A stretch of DNA of 64,000 nt from NCBI GenBank assembly GCA_965113315.1, contig OZ220364.1; one strand, 5' to 3'. Under the pieces are notes generated by a model that was given only the letters and a program-made list of their open reading frames with translations, searched no databases and had not been told where the DNA came from. The DNA is from Podarcis vaucheri. Lineage: Eukaryota. Of this stretch, positions 1 to 12,013 are shown in pieces. The translations under genes and the position numbers were made by a program. The number at the start of each line of letters is the position of its first letter. Position 1 is the stretch's first letter.

Positions 1-884
1 GGTCCTGTAGATGTGCAGGAGTTGATTGGAACTCTTCATTTGCTATAGCATTTTGTCTTAATGTGGCTGAGGTTCTATGAAAGCTAGTGGCTCAATAGCA
101 TTACCTAAGTTCATGCTGCTTTCACAGAGCATAGCCTTGTGAATCACTAACTCTAGTGATTATCTTTCGGTGTTCATGAGGTGGGCATTTGATAGTTCAC
201 TTTATTCTTGGGGAGTTTTGCAACTGCAAGGAAAGTGGTTCGTTTTGGACTTTGCTGAGTTAGATAGCCTGTATGTGCTAGGGCCTCTATGTGAAACTCA
301 AATTAATTATAGTGCAGTGCATGAGCTTTAACTAGATTACAACTATACAATGTATTATAATTTTAACTGAAGCCAACAAAGCCAAAATAAGCACATGTTG
401 TGCAAGTATATCCATAAATGTTGCTCACTTCCTACACTGTAAAAAACAGGGTGTGACTTTTTCTTGGCACCGTGCCATACCACTTTTTGTAACTTCCTGT
501 AACTGAAGGTTTATGGATTCAGTTTCATTGGCAATACCAGCTACACAAGTGTTGGTTAGAAGCAAGAAAACTTTCCTTCAGTAAAGATCTAGCTAGTGGT
601 ACACTCTTAACAACAGCACTCCCTTTTTATGATTTGATATGATTCACTGGCAGATTACTTTGGCCAGAAACCTATTATTTTCAAATAGATGGAACCTATT
701 GTCTATAACTATTTGAAGACAGGGTGGTATTCAAAATAGATGCACTAGCTCAAGGATTAGTACTAATGCATTGGACCCCCCCGCCCACCATGCACTGTGC
801 TGTCCTCAAATCTGTTCCAGAGGGTTTCAGAACATATTTAGAGAGTGTCTGTTGGGGGGGGGGGGATTGTACAAGCAGATAGTA

Positions 885-1219
885 CAGTGGTGCCCCGCAA
901 GACGAATGCCTCGCAAGACGGAAAACCCGCTAGACGAAAGGGTTTTCCGTTTTTGAGCTGCTTCGCAAGACGAATTTCCCTATGGGCTTGCTTCGCAAGA
1001 CGAAAACGTCTTGCGAGTGTTCCGATTTTTTTTCGCTCCCCCCTTTTTCTAAGCCGCTAAGTCGCTAATAGCCTTTTAGCCGCTAAGCCTTTAATAGCCG
1101 CTAATCCGCTAAAAGCGCTAATCCGCTAAGCCGCTAATAGGGTTGCTTCGCAAGACGAAAAAACCGCTAGACGAAGAGACTCGCAGAACGGATTAATTTC
1201 GTCTTGCGAGGCACCACTG
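885..1219 (+). mobile_element. Tc1/mariner (Tigger/pogo-like) MITE, 335 bp
   Basis: TIR CAGTGGTGCCYCGCAAGACGAA, TA target duplication (883-884, 1220-1221), internal CTTCGCAAGACGAA repeats and an (AGCCGCTA)-type array at ~1052-1140. Confidence 0.9.
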
Positions 1220-1291
1220 TAGTGTAACACTGAATTCTACCCACTGACTGCATTCTTTTTATTTTGGGGCTTCAAGGGTGCCATGTGCCTA

Positions 1292-1510
1292 TTGGCTTGA
1301 ATCCTAAGACAAGACAGCTTTAGAAAGTTCATGGAAGGAAGATTTCCCATTTCCTATCTACACCCACAGCCACCTATGCTTCTCCAGTAGCTTCTCTGAA
1401 GGAATGGGGTCCCCAATTGTGGGACAAAGTGCAGGCAACTTTGGGAGGAGTAGTAGTTAGGAAACCTTCCTTCTATGAACTTTTCAAAGTTACCTTAGGA
1501 TTCAAGCCAA
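1292..1510. repeat. Palindromic MITE-like element with ~50-bp imperfect inverted arms (a further partial arm ends ~1676)
   Basis: TTGGCTTGAATCCTAAG..AAAGTTCATGGAAGGAAGATTTCC / GGAAACCTTCCTTCTATGAACTTT..CTTAGGATTCAAGCCAA. Confidence 0.65.
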
Positions 1511-2088
1511 ATTTAGGGCAGTTATCAGCCATCCTCCATGCCCCATCCCACATTTTACAAGCACGTCCCCATCCCCACCCCCCATTGCTCTAGGGAGGTT
1601 TTCAGGGAGAGGAGGGAACAGGAAACTTTCATTCTGTGAACTTCCTCTAGTTAACTTATCTGAGGATCCAAGCCACTGATTCTAATCTCCTCTTTGTAAT
1701 TGTGAATGCAGCAACCCCTCTGACCCTTAGTGTACCTAACTTAGCTGAAATTCTGTTGGAATTAATGGACTTGCTTTCAAATGTGGATGGTGTGTTACAT
1801 GACTTTCTAAGAGGGAAAGTAAAGTTTAGTTATTTCATCTTAATTTATGCTGTTCATCTGTTGCTTCATTAGAACAAGTACCCCCACAAAGCCAGGGAGC
1901 CTGCAATCTGTAGGTCACCATAAATTCATCATTGAATAATATTGATATGGTTGTTTAGTTCTATTAGAGAGGATTTATGAAAATCTGATGACTAAAGGAA
2001 GGGTATATAACCAGGTCACTGGCACACATATTCTGTTGGTGGTGCGCACCTTCTAATTCTGTTTTCCAAATTCTACTTTGTTTCCTAG

Positions 2089-2137
2089 CTGGGCATTCAC
2101 ATTTCCCTGTCGCATGAGAAGGAACCACTGGGCACAG
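2089..2137 (+). CDS. GMPPB: GDP-mannose pyrophosphorylase B, first exon in window (49 bp, LGIHISLSHEKEPLGT+G)
   Basis: tttcctag acceptor, ACAG|gtaact donor; EPLGTAGP nucleotidyltransferase motif is completed with the next exon. Confidence 0.96.
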
Positions 2138-2386
2138 GTAACTGAAGCAGCCACTTTCTTGTGGAGAAGTGAGGTTATAGGGGGAGTAAATGTGGGATCA
2201 GAATCAAAACTTGTGGCAACCTGGAGTGTCCGGGCTATATGCAGGTGGAGGATTGGGTACTACTAATTCTGATCAGGAGCTATATAGGATGGAACTTTCT
2301 AAAGCGGGTTGAGCAGTGCCTGCTGGCTGTTGTTGCTGAAGGGCACATGAATAGGTGAATATTGAGGGCTTTGGTTTCCTCCACAG

Positions 2387-2529
2387 CTGGACCCCTGGCA
2401 CTAGCGCGGGAGCTGTTGACCGAGAATGCAGAGCCTTTTTTTGTGCTCAACAGTGATGTGATCTGCGATTTCCCCTTCAAAGACATGGTGCACTTCCACA
2501 GGCATCATGGAAAAGAGGGCACCATTGTG
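2387..2529 (+). CDS. GMPPB: GMPPB exon (143 bp, [11 protein letters not shown]...[14 protein letters not shown]...EGTIV)
   Basis: ccacag acceptor, GTG|gtaagt donor; FFVLNSDV motif; phase consistent. Confidence 0.97.
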
Positions 2530-2536
2530 GTAAGTA

Positions 2537-3079
2537 CCATATTTTTCGTCCCATAGGATGCACCTAGGTTTTTTTTTGGGGGGGGGGAATAAAGGAAAAA
2601 AAAATCCCCTTTATTTCCCCCCAAAACCAGGTCAGGGAAACCGAACCAGGTCGAGGAACAGCGGGAGGCGGCGCTGCGCCTCCTTGCTGTCCCCCGAGCT
2701 TGTGGGGCTGGCCAATGTCTGTCCGGCACGCAGGGCACTCTGCTTCAGGGCGCCCCTCGCGCCGGGCAGCAGGCTGCTATCCGCAGCGTGGGGAGCCCTG
2801 CGGGGAACTCCTGCAGGGCTCCAACACGCTGCGGATGTCTGCCCAGCACGAGGGGCGCTCTGCTTCAGGGCGCCCAGCGCTCCGGGAAGCAGGCTGCTAT
2901 CTGCCTAGGCTGCGGGTGTCTTCCTAAAGCCTGGAGACTTCCTCTCGCTCTCCAAGCCTGGAGACCCCTCTCGCTCTCCAAGCTTCAGCGAAAGCCTGCA
3001 TTCGCCCCATAAGACGTACCCAGATTTCCCCTTCATTTTTGGAGGGGAAAAAGTGCGTCCTATAGGGCAAAAAATACGG
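2537..3079. mobile_element. Tc1/mariner (Tc2/pogo-like) non-autonomous element, 543 bp, GC-rich interior
   Basis: TIRs CCATATTTTTCGTCCCATAGGATGCAC / revcomp CCGTATTTTTTGCCCTATAGGACGCAC, TA flanks at 2535-2536 and 3080-3081; internal repeat with 120-bp period (2716, 2836) and a ~27-bp tandem (2927-2984). Confidence 0.85.
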
Positions 3080-3812
3080 TACCTGTGGGGCACCCACTCC
3101 ATGCTTGCAATGCTCCATTGCTGGAGTGGCCCTCCAGAGGTTGCTGGATTCCAGGTCCCATCAGCATGAGCCAATAGTCAGGGATGATAACTGTAGTCTG
3201 CCAACATCTTTGGAAAGCCAAAGGGTAGATCCCTTGCTCTTTTGCTTGGAATTGCCCGTGGATCCTTGGACCACCTAGTTTCTGTTGGTTGCAGAGCTGC
3301 CAGAAAGCTAAGTTTAGCAGGCCAGCTGGAGACATAGGTGGAAAGAGCTCCATCACTTCCACAAACCCTTAATACTTGGCAAAAACCGTAGTTGCAGGAA
3401 CAAAGAATCATAGGATTGTAGAGTTGGAAAGGATCCCAAGGGACATCTAGTCCAACCCTCTGCAACCCACTTAAAAAAAAAATCAAGCCCCTCCTGTGGG
3501 TGTTATAAATGCCTCCCCTTGTTTACATGCACAGGAGCACGCTTATTAGTTCATAAACAAAGAAGAATTAGGGTGTGTGTTCTTATTTTAGGGATGAACT
3601 GCACACCCACATCTTTCTCTAATGCAGAAACAAAAGTGGCTGGAGTAAAGGTCTTCTGTGTGAATGTGGACCTGTCCTACTCTTTATTTTGGTCATGGGG
3701 TTCTTTATAAAATAAGAGATCAGGATAGTAAACTAGGCATGGCAGTGCAAGCGAGCTCTTTCTGTGCCCTCTGAGTACCATGGCTGGGTGTGATGCCAGT
3801 TTTGCCTTGCAG

Positions 3813-3971
3813 GTGACCAAAGTGGAGGAGCCCTCCAAATATGGCGTCGTGGTGTGCGAGTCAGATACAGGGCGCATACACCGCTTTGTGGAGAAACCCC
3901 AAGTTTTTGTTTCCAACAAGATCAATGCTGGCATGTACATCTTAAACCCAAGTGTGCTACAGCGGATCGAG
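3813..3971 (+). CDS. GMPPB: GMPPB exon (159 bp, [13 protein letters not shown]...FVEKP...INAGMY...QRIE)
   Basis: ttgcag acceptor, GAG|gtatga donor; SKYGVV, FVEKP and INAG motifs. Confidence 0.97.
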
Positions 3972-4164
3972 GTATGAGGCAGGAAGGGTGGAACAGGGAT
4001 CTTGCACAGGGCAGACTGGCTGGGGTGTTTGGGGTTTTGGTTTTAGTTGGGCACCTCATCTTTTCATGCCGGTGAGATTAAGGATGATGATGTCCGTGGG
4101 AACAGTACATCTCTATTCTTTACAACATAAATGGCCAACTGGTAGTACTCTTGTCTTCCCTTAG

Positions 4165-4243
4165 CTGCGGCCTACCTCGATTGAGAAGGAGATATTCCCA
4201 GTGATGGCAGAACAAGGACAACTCTATGCCATGGAACTGCAGG
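4165..4243 (+). CDS. GMPPB: GMPPB exon (79 bp, [26 protein letters not shown]+G)
   Basis: cccttag acceptor, CAGG|gtaagg donor; [10 protein letters not shown] motif; not in the ORF track. Confidence 0.96.
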
Positions 4244-4567
4244 GTAAGGACACATGGAAGGATTTGGAATGGTACTTTGATCCTAAGGGGCTCTCACAGC
4301 TGTAGGCAGTGATTTGAGGAGAGGGCATATTAGACAATTAGATGTTAAGTCAGTGATGACCTGGAACTGGAGTTGAGAAGTAAAAATAAGATCAAGATGT
4401 GGAAGATGCCACATAACATGCAAGGGCCCCGTAGGGCAATGTTTGAATGAAACAACGTAATGCGGTTTCACTGTACATCTTGCTATATGCTGCCTTTGGG
4501 GAGGAAGGCTGGTATAAGGTCCATCAATGGAGACAGGTGTCTTATTAATGCAGCTTTGTTATCACAG

Positions 4568-4695
4568 GGTTCTGGATGGACATTGGGCAGCCCAAAGACT
4601 TTCTAACCGGCATGTGCATGTACCTGCAATATCTACGGCTGAAACATCCCGAGAGGCTGCACTCAGGACCGGGTTTCATGGGGAATGTATTAGTG
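4568..4695 (+). CDS. GMPPB: GMPPB exon (128 bp, [15 protein letters not shown]...GNVLV)
   Basis: atcacag acceptor, GTG|gtaatt donor; [10 protein letters not shown] motif. Confidence 0.97.
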
Positions 4696-4960
4696 GTAAT
4701 TCTATTCTTGTATTTCTTTGGAGCGAGGGTGGGTAGCACTTCATTAAAGGCTGATCTAAAACTGGTAGTATATTGAGCAAGGCAACAGCAGCTCTTGATA
4801 TTACATCTACCATCTTGTGGACTAGAGCTGTGAAGGAATGTTGTTCTCTCCCATCTAGTTTCCTCTGAGGAGGAGGAAGCTACTTCCCAGACCAGAGCTG
4901 TGGAAGCTGTTCAAGAAACACCAATTTACTTTCATGCACAATTTCCCCCCTCCACTTCAG

Positions 4961-5143
4961 GACCCAACTGCCAAGATTGGATTGAACTGCAGTATTGGTC
5001 CCAATGTCACCATTGGGGCAGGCGTGGTGATAGAGGACGGGGTTCGGATCAAACGTTGCACTGTGCTGAAGGGGTCGCGGATCCGGTCTCATTCGTGGCT
5101 GGAGTCCTGCATCGTTGGCTGGAGCTCCTCTGTAGGCCAGTGG
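4961..5143 (+). CDS. GMPPB: GMPPB exon (183 bp, [16 protein letters not shown]...VGQW; hexapeptide left-handed beta-helix)
   Basis: cttcag acceptor, TGG|gtgagt donor; hexapeptide repeats. Confidence 0.97.
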
Positions 5144-6074
5144 GTGAGTTATGTGACAGAGCAATCCTCATCAGGCAGATACACACTGGGGAAAGTGAAG
5201 CTGCAGCCCAACTGCTGTAGGCTGAGGGAATGTAAACATTTTCTGCTCTTCTATGGGGAAATGTTACCTCTCTGGGCAGGACCAGTAAATGGAGAGAGCT
5301 GGAATGCAGGATAATTTTGTTTATTCCTCTCGGGGGCCCCAATCTGCCTCTTTGCTGGCCTTAACATACCCCCTTTTTGCCCTGCACACTGGGATAGCTT
5401 GTGCCAGGAGAGCTTTACTTCAGCCAGGTGAAGTCGCCAGCTTAAGGCCACCCGAGACACAGGGGTGGGGAGATCAGGTCATACCATAACCTCTCCCAGC
5501 CAGTGTGTCTGGGACTTAAGAATTGCACTGTTGGTCAGAGCTGCATCTTAGCAAGACTAACTAGTTCTTTTACTGATGAGTGAGCTGGAGTGCACAGTCC
5601 ACACAAATGCTACTGTGATGTAGTTTCTTCACATGCCTGCATGTTTGTTTTCTCACTCATGATGGACTTGTAGCTTTGCAGTGGTTGTGTGTTCATACTC
5701 ACTACCCTTATTATTATGAGAGCTGCATTTATAACAGGGAAACATGCCCTATAAAGTCCCAATTTAATATCTTTCAGTGCTGCTTTGTGCTAGGTATCAA
5801 GCTGTCCTTTCCCTATGAGTTGAATTGGTACCAGATTTAGGGAAACTCTACAGGTTTAATTCTCATGGCATCTCATTCTGGCTGCTCCTGCTTTTAATTA
5901 GCAGCCCACAGCCAGAAAAGCAAGGGCAGAACTTGTTAGAAACAGACTCCTGAGTAGCCATAGGACTGTACCATGGAGGCAAATAACTGCCTTAGCCTAA
6001 GTCTATCTTGTAACATACTACTTCCCCCCAGCTCAGCATAGAGTTGTCTAACTGTATGTCACGCCCTTCCTCAG

Positions 6075-6206
6075 GTACGGATGGAGAATGTGTCAGTGCT
6101 GGGAGAGGATGTCATTGTAAACGATGAACTCTACCTCAACGGTGCCAACGTGCTGCCTCACAAATCCATTGCGGAGTCTGTACCAGAGCCACGCATCATC
6201 ATGTAG
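6075..6206 (+). CDS. GMPPB: GMPPB terminal coding exon ([13 protein letters not shown]...VPEPRIIM*)
   Basis: cctcag acceptor, TAG at 6204-6206; characteristic PEPRIIM C-terminus; the 7 exons total 873 nt = 290 aa + stop. Confidence 0.97.
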   Translation, partial: VRMENVSVLGEDVIVNDELYLNGANVLPHKSIAESVPEPRIIM

Positions 6207-8305
6207 CAGTCCTGGGCCTTGAGTATTGGACCTGCTGAGAGGGCCCTCCCTGTCTTACCCTCTTACAAGGGGAATCCCCACCCTGTGCCTTGGGAGCGGG
6301 GGCTCCTTGTTGACTTTTATGCTGAGAAAATACTAACCTTCTGCTGGAATCCTAGGAGTGTAGTAGGATAAGGAGGTTTGTAAGCTGGCTGGAGTGCTCC
6401 TCAGAATCACTGCTTAGCATAAGGCACAATGACCTGGGCCAGCTCCAGGGGTTGTCCAGTGCCACAGGCCGTTGAGCTACTACGGGAAAGTAACCCTAAT
6501 GTGCAAAGAGGAAAATGCTTGCTTGTGTGGTTCTGCAGTAGGAGTTCAGCTGCTGCAAGAGAACAGTCCCAGGCAGGCCCGGTGAGGAGAAAGAACAGCA
6601 TGCTGTGCTTTTATTTCAGGATAACATGTGCTGCTCATGTTGCACAAAGGGAAGACAGAATACAATCCTCTTCTTTGGAACTCTACTGCCTTACAGAGAC
6701 TGATCCCTCTCTCTTCCCTCCATATGGCCAATAATCACTAACTATTACTATTCAAGAACTCTGGAAAGGGCTCTGTCAATTAATGGGGACGGGGAATGAA
6801 ATTATATTGTCATGAAGAATGGGAGCTGTGGTGTGTCATATGTTTTCTTTAACTCCGCTTGGGGAACAACAATGGCAGTTTTGTATGGCATCTCACTTTT
6901 ACCGCTGCTTCCTTGCAGCCAATCCCATCTTGTACTGCTGCTGTGCCAGCCTTTAGGACAGTGCTCCATAAAATGGAGAGAAGAATACACATAGCTCACC
7001 GCCTTAAGGAATAATAATTTAATAATATTCCATTGTATGGAAGTTAACACCCCTTCCACTTTGGAGGGTGGTGGGGGAGAGAGACAATCATAGATGCACA
7101 TAAGTTAAAATTCCTTGCTTCAAGCACAATGCTTGCTGCCCTCCCCGACACTTCTGGTTACAAGTCACACACAGTTAGTAAATTAAAAAACAGCAACCAT
7201 CCTTGTCTGCTCCTGGATAGTACAGGCAGCCTGGTCACACAGTGAAGGGCTGGTGCCATGGGCACCTTCTGCTGGTGGAAGAGAGCAGTGCAATCAGGTT
7301 CACCCCTGCAGTAGCCCATAAAGATCAACCTAGCTCGTACTTCTCCCAACCAGAATACAATGCATGGGACAAACTCTGGCCCCCGCTATATCTGTTTTTC
7401 TTTTCTTGGAGAAGCTTGGGAGTCTATTCAGACTCATTCCTCTGGTTGTTGTGGGCTTCATCTCTGCACTTCTGTTAGTCATGGCATAGTGTGCCTGCTG
7501 TTGCATTCACTAAGCTCCCCAGACCAAAAACTGGGCCTTGTGTCTTTGCTATGCGTATCTAGCAGTCCCTACCTGCAAAGGAAAGGAGCTATATGCACAA
7601 AGAGCAGAGTCTAATGTTTAAGTGGACAGATGGTACAATCTTTCACTTACCAGCGCATCTGATTGCAGGTGGGAGAATGGCTTGTCAATATCTCCCTCCG
7701 TCACCAAAGCATATCAGGTGGCACAGCTGGGCAGGCTGCTGCACGATATGCCCACGTAAATATCTCAACCAGCTCTGAGCAACACACACACTTGTCAAAA
7801 CAGCTGCTAAGCGCTGCAGCAAAAAACACACTTTGCTAGTGGCCAGCTGGGCTCACAGGAGCGATGTTGCCTGTGAGATCAGCTTTTACCCCATCGAGAA
7901 AAGCACCACACCAAAGGGGATGTGTCCCAGCTACAGTACGAGACAGGCTTCCTGGGGCAAATGCAGAAAAGGAGCTACAGATTCAGGCTGAGGTAGAAAA
8001 CCTGAGCATGTTCAGCCCCCTTGTACATGCCCCATGGGAAAAGCCCAGTGCCTGCTGGCTTGGAGTCAATGACAGCAACAGGAGGTGTACCTAAATTCAG
8101 GGGGGTTGAAGGATATGATGTGGCCGAGGGGATGCATATGGCAGTGCCTGGCCTGCAAGAAGTGTTATAAATTAAAAAAACACACAACTGAGCTCAGCTG
8201 TGCTGAACAGCAGCCGCCTTTGACAGAGGTGCTCTCGAAGCAAGGAGAGTCCATCTTGTGGAGAAGCTGCCTGGGCATGCGGCCCTGCCCTGCAGGGTCC
8301 AGGCA

Positions 8306-8405
8306 CTAGGAGGTGGCTGGCTTCATGTAATCATCCACACCCGTGATGGTGGCTTTGCAGAAGAAGCAGTCCTTGTTGTTCATCAGGTGCTGGTTGATGC
8401 AGGCT
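8306..8405 (-). CDS. RNF123: E3 ubiquitin ligase RNF123 (KPC1), terminal coding exon ([33 protein letters not shown])
   Basis: tttctag acceptor on -, TAG at 8308-8306; second half of the C3HC4 RING. Confidence 0.96.
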
Positions 8406-9059
8406 CTAGAAAGACAAGAGCAGGAGGCCTTGGACATTTGTTCACAGCTAGAGGCCAAGCTTTGGCCCAACAAAGTACCTAAAAGTCCCTTGCTAGGCAT
8501 AAATGAGTGCAAGTGTCCTGTGCATGCAAGATAATGCCCACTTTCCTCTTAAAATCAAATTCTACAGCTTCTCTATAAAACAAATTACACAAATTTGTTT
8601 TGGGGGCATGTGCTAAGTCATGGTAATGACTTAGAGGAATGGGAGACACTGAAGTCTTCCCCTGCCCCCAGCCAGTTTGAATCCTGATCAGCCTTCCCCA
8701 TGGCTTCTAAGATTTATTTACAAATGGCACACTTTATCAACCAAACTTTGCAGCCCAATAGGTTAAAATGCTAGCTTAAAAAAACCACAAATCAGTTGAA
8801 TCTGCATGCGCAGTGCAATCACAGCCTTGCATATGGGAGAGCTGGCCTAAGTAGCTATTCAGAAGCACTATGCTGCTGTGTCTTTCCATTAGGGCAACAA
8901 GTGAAAAGGAGATTTCAGCTAGGAAGCTTCAGAGAATTCAAATGGCAAAATCCGTTAATTAAATCTCAAGCTATGGTCTGGGGCACCTTCTAGGATCCCT
9001 TCCATCCAACCAGGAAGCAAAAGTAGAGAAAAGCCCACATCCCCCAAGGGATTACTCAC

Positions 9060-9145
9060 TTGCAGGACTTGTGGGAGCATGGCTTGAATACGGCAGATAT
9101 GGGATGCGCGTAGCAGATGGGGCACAGGTCCTCCTCACTGGTGGG
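9060..9145 (-). CDS. RNF123: RNF123 exon n-1 ([28 protein letters not shown])
   Basis: ttttgcag / AA|gtgagt; RING CxxC...CxH; 86 bp, phase consistent. Confidence 0.96.
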
Positions 9146-11516
9146 CTGCAAAAGAAGCAACACATCCACTCAGTTTATTGGCAGTTGCCAACACCCAGCC
9201 CACATCATGGTGCAATGCAAGGCGTCACATGGCAGAAGAACAGCAGCTCATTAACAGTTAATAACATGAAGGTTCTGCACTAGACGCTGAAACTGAAATG
9301 GCTGGTTGGCTTCGTACATTTCATGCCAGGGCTTACTTAAGACACTGCTCCAAATTTTAGATCAGAACCACTTGTGTTGCTTTGCTCCATGCAGCAACTC
9401 TCTAAGAGTGTTGCCAGTGAGGTAGGAGGGGAAATGGTTCCAGGAAGATTCCACTATCAGCTATGAGGGCTCTACTCTCAGGAGGGCTACATGAACTGGA
9501 GGGCTACCTCTACCTCCATGGCCAAGGAAAGAGGAGAAAACAGGAATTCTAGCCTCCTGTGTCCTGTTCTTCACAGGGCAGTGTCCACCTTTGATTGCTC
9601 CTCCTCATGGCCTGATTAGGCCCTGGATGTCTAGAGGGGGAGTGTGATAGGTCTGTCTCGCTCTTGGTGCAAAATGTTATAGGAACATGAGCGGATGAAC
9701 CTCTCTCCCACTGCCACTGGGATGTGAAGCCCTGGCCTGTGGAGTGAAGCCCACGTTTCCTTGCTAACTATGCTCTGTAATCAGGGGAAAGGTATTTTTA
9801 AAAAGTAAGCTATTAATTTTATTTCCTCTTCTTTTAAATGTAACGTCTTTCACTGGGGAGTTCTATAAAAATGCTGATGACCGTAGGGACTGCACTCCTT
9901 TGGGTATTATGGGGACTCCTTCTCCCGGTTGATGTCATAATGGAAGGGAGGGCCTTGTCTGTTCAAGAGGTGAGGGAATCCCAGTGAGCAGACTGCTGCC
10001 ACTAGGGGGAGAAAGTGAGAGTTTTAAAAAGTTTTGAAAAGATAACAATATAAATGTATCTCTTATGAATCTCCCCCTTGGAGCATGGACCATGAGTACT
10101 GCCTGTAAAGACCACCGTTAAGTGCACCTATACATATCCTGCTATCTTTCAATATAATTTTGGGAGAGCTAATAATCTCAGCAGCGGAAGCAGTAGTAAA
10201 GAATATACGGAGCTAGTCAACTTCTCTGCACTCGTCTCCCTGTGCAAAGAATGCACAGAGTTCAGCTTAGCTTGAGGTCCTTAATGAAGGTTTGCTTCCT
10301 GCCCCGGGTTTGGCCTAGGCTAAGAGCATGAGTTCCTACTGAACCCAGGGACAGTGTGTTCCCATCCCATCAGCTGTCTCTCCCACCCCACCCTGTCCTC
10401 CTGCAGCAGCCTTTATGCAGCTCCAAACTGCAGCTGGAAGATGAGCAGCCACATTAATAATTCAGATCCTACCCCTGGCAGAGATCAGGTTGCTTCCTGG
10501 ATCACAGCTTCTCTCTGGAGGTCACCCAGACAGCAACACACGCGGGGGCTGCTTCAGCAGCCGGAGTCCATCTGGGTAGCTTCTGTGCTGCTTAAGCTCC
10601 TCCTCCCTCCGTGCCCATCCAGTCCAATTTTTTTCCAACAAAGAAACCCAGTTCTGTGTCTTCAATTTTGCAAATTCATCTTGAACAGCTTATTCTGCTT
10701 CCAAGGTTCAGAATTTCAAAAGAAATTGGAATTGTTTGGGCAAAGATTTGGGTTGGGTGGGTGGTAGGGGAGGGAGAATGGAGCTCTCAGGCCTCACTTC
10801 CCTGAAGACAGTGGAACCTCTTCCCACTGGGATATCTGCTTGGCTGCTGGGTGTTTGCAGATTACAGATGGTGAAGAACACACAGAACAAGCATATTTCA
10901 GTGGTCATAAGTAAGTGCTGTACTCAGCGACCTTGTTAAGTGAGCACATAGCACAGGAATTTTGACTCTCATATTCATTCTATGTTGTACTACTGCTGGG
11001 CTGGCTAAACCCTGGTTTAGGGGCCTGATCTGACCCCTCAGTCAGTTTTTGTCTGACTCCCCACCACCAATTTTGGCAGTGCCAGACAAAGGGGAAAAAC
11101 AGTGAAGTACACTCGGTAGGAGGTAGGTGGGCTTCAGAGCCTTCGATGTTCCCCCTTCCTAGTCATCAGGCAGATCATTTGATGAGCAGAAAGGGGATAA
11201 TAACCCAATTCCTCGGTTGATCAGCATGGATCAGCTGAGAAGGGGGGGCTGTGCGGCTCTTGAGTGTGTCATGTATGTGTGCACCCCCACAACTGGCATG
11301 TAAACTCAGAGCATGGGCCAAGGATGAATGTGACTCTCAGCCCAAAAAAAAGAATAGCCACCGCTGCTTAATGAAGTTGAGGATATTATTAGCTTAGTAA
11401 GAGTGCATTAGCACCTGTGCATATGTATGCTACGCATCTACCTGTGCCCATTCTCAGATCCTGCTTCCACAGGAAAACACACTTTCCTTACAGATGGCTC
11501 AGAACTAGCCCTAAAG

Positions 11517-11626
11517 CAGGGGTGGTTATGAAGGAGATGCCAATATACTGTTGGACTCCCAATGGTCAGCAGTGATGGGAGCTGGAGTCCAGCAGCAGCT
11601 GGAGGGCACCACACTGGCTATTGCTG
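11517..11626. mobile_element. Older, related hAT MITE (other decayed relatives at ~3125-3235, 27277-27407, 47821-47942, 60591-60728)
   Basis: CAGGGG..CTG ends, TSD CCCTAAAG/CCCTACAG, shared ggactcc/ggagtccagca..ctggaggg core. Confidence 0.65.
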
Positions 11627-11918
11627 CCCTACAGCATTAGAGGTCAGCATCAACCTTTGCCATGGAACGTGGACACTTACCCCATATGGTTTTAACATGT
11701 CCAAGCCAAACCAGGTACCCAGTGTTGCCAAGCAAGGTCAGTAACGGCCCTTGTATCTGCAGGACCCCGTGAATGCTGCGCCTTCACTTCCCTCGGGCAA
11801 TGCAGCAAGGGCCGGTGCTTGATATTTTGCCTCGGTTGAGGTCCTGCGAGGGGTGGTGCTATGGAGGGTGCCTTGGGCAAGTGGCCACACACATTCAGTT
11901 CATTAGGTGGAAGCTTAC

Positions 11919-12013
11919 CAAGGTGGAGGCTGCAGCCTGCTTGGACTCTTCGCTGAGGTGGCCCAGCATTTGCTCCACCTTGGCCAGCTCTTCCTGGCTG
12001 ATGTAATCAGTGT
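11919..12013 (-). CDS. RNF123: RNF123 exon n-2 (Y-TDYISQEELAKVEQMLGHLSEESKQAAASTL)
   Basis: tctgcag / TTG|gtaagc; 95 bp. Confidence 0.95.

Noticed and set aside
895-1210. Recurrent CTTCGCAAGACGAA units with spacers, superficially CRISPR-like
   Set aside because: Irregular spacing, inside a TA-flanked TIR element with a second copy at 20616; vertebrate DNA with no cas genes.
1-2088. Search for the first GMPPB coding exons
   Set aside because: No MKALILVGG-like or AVSY-like coding segment found; these exons lie upstream of the window.
2558-2908. GC-rich 116-aa ORF with an internal repeat (and overlapping ORFs)
   Set aside because: Lies wholly within the MITE; the repeat reflects the 120-bp DNA duplication; no protein motif.
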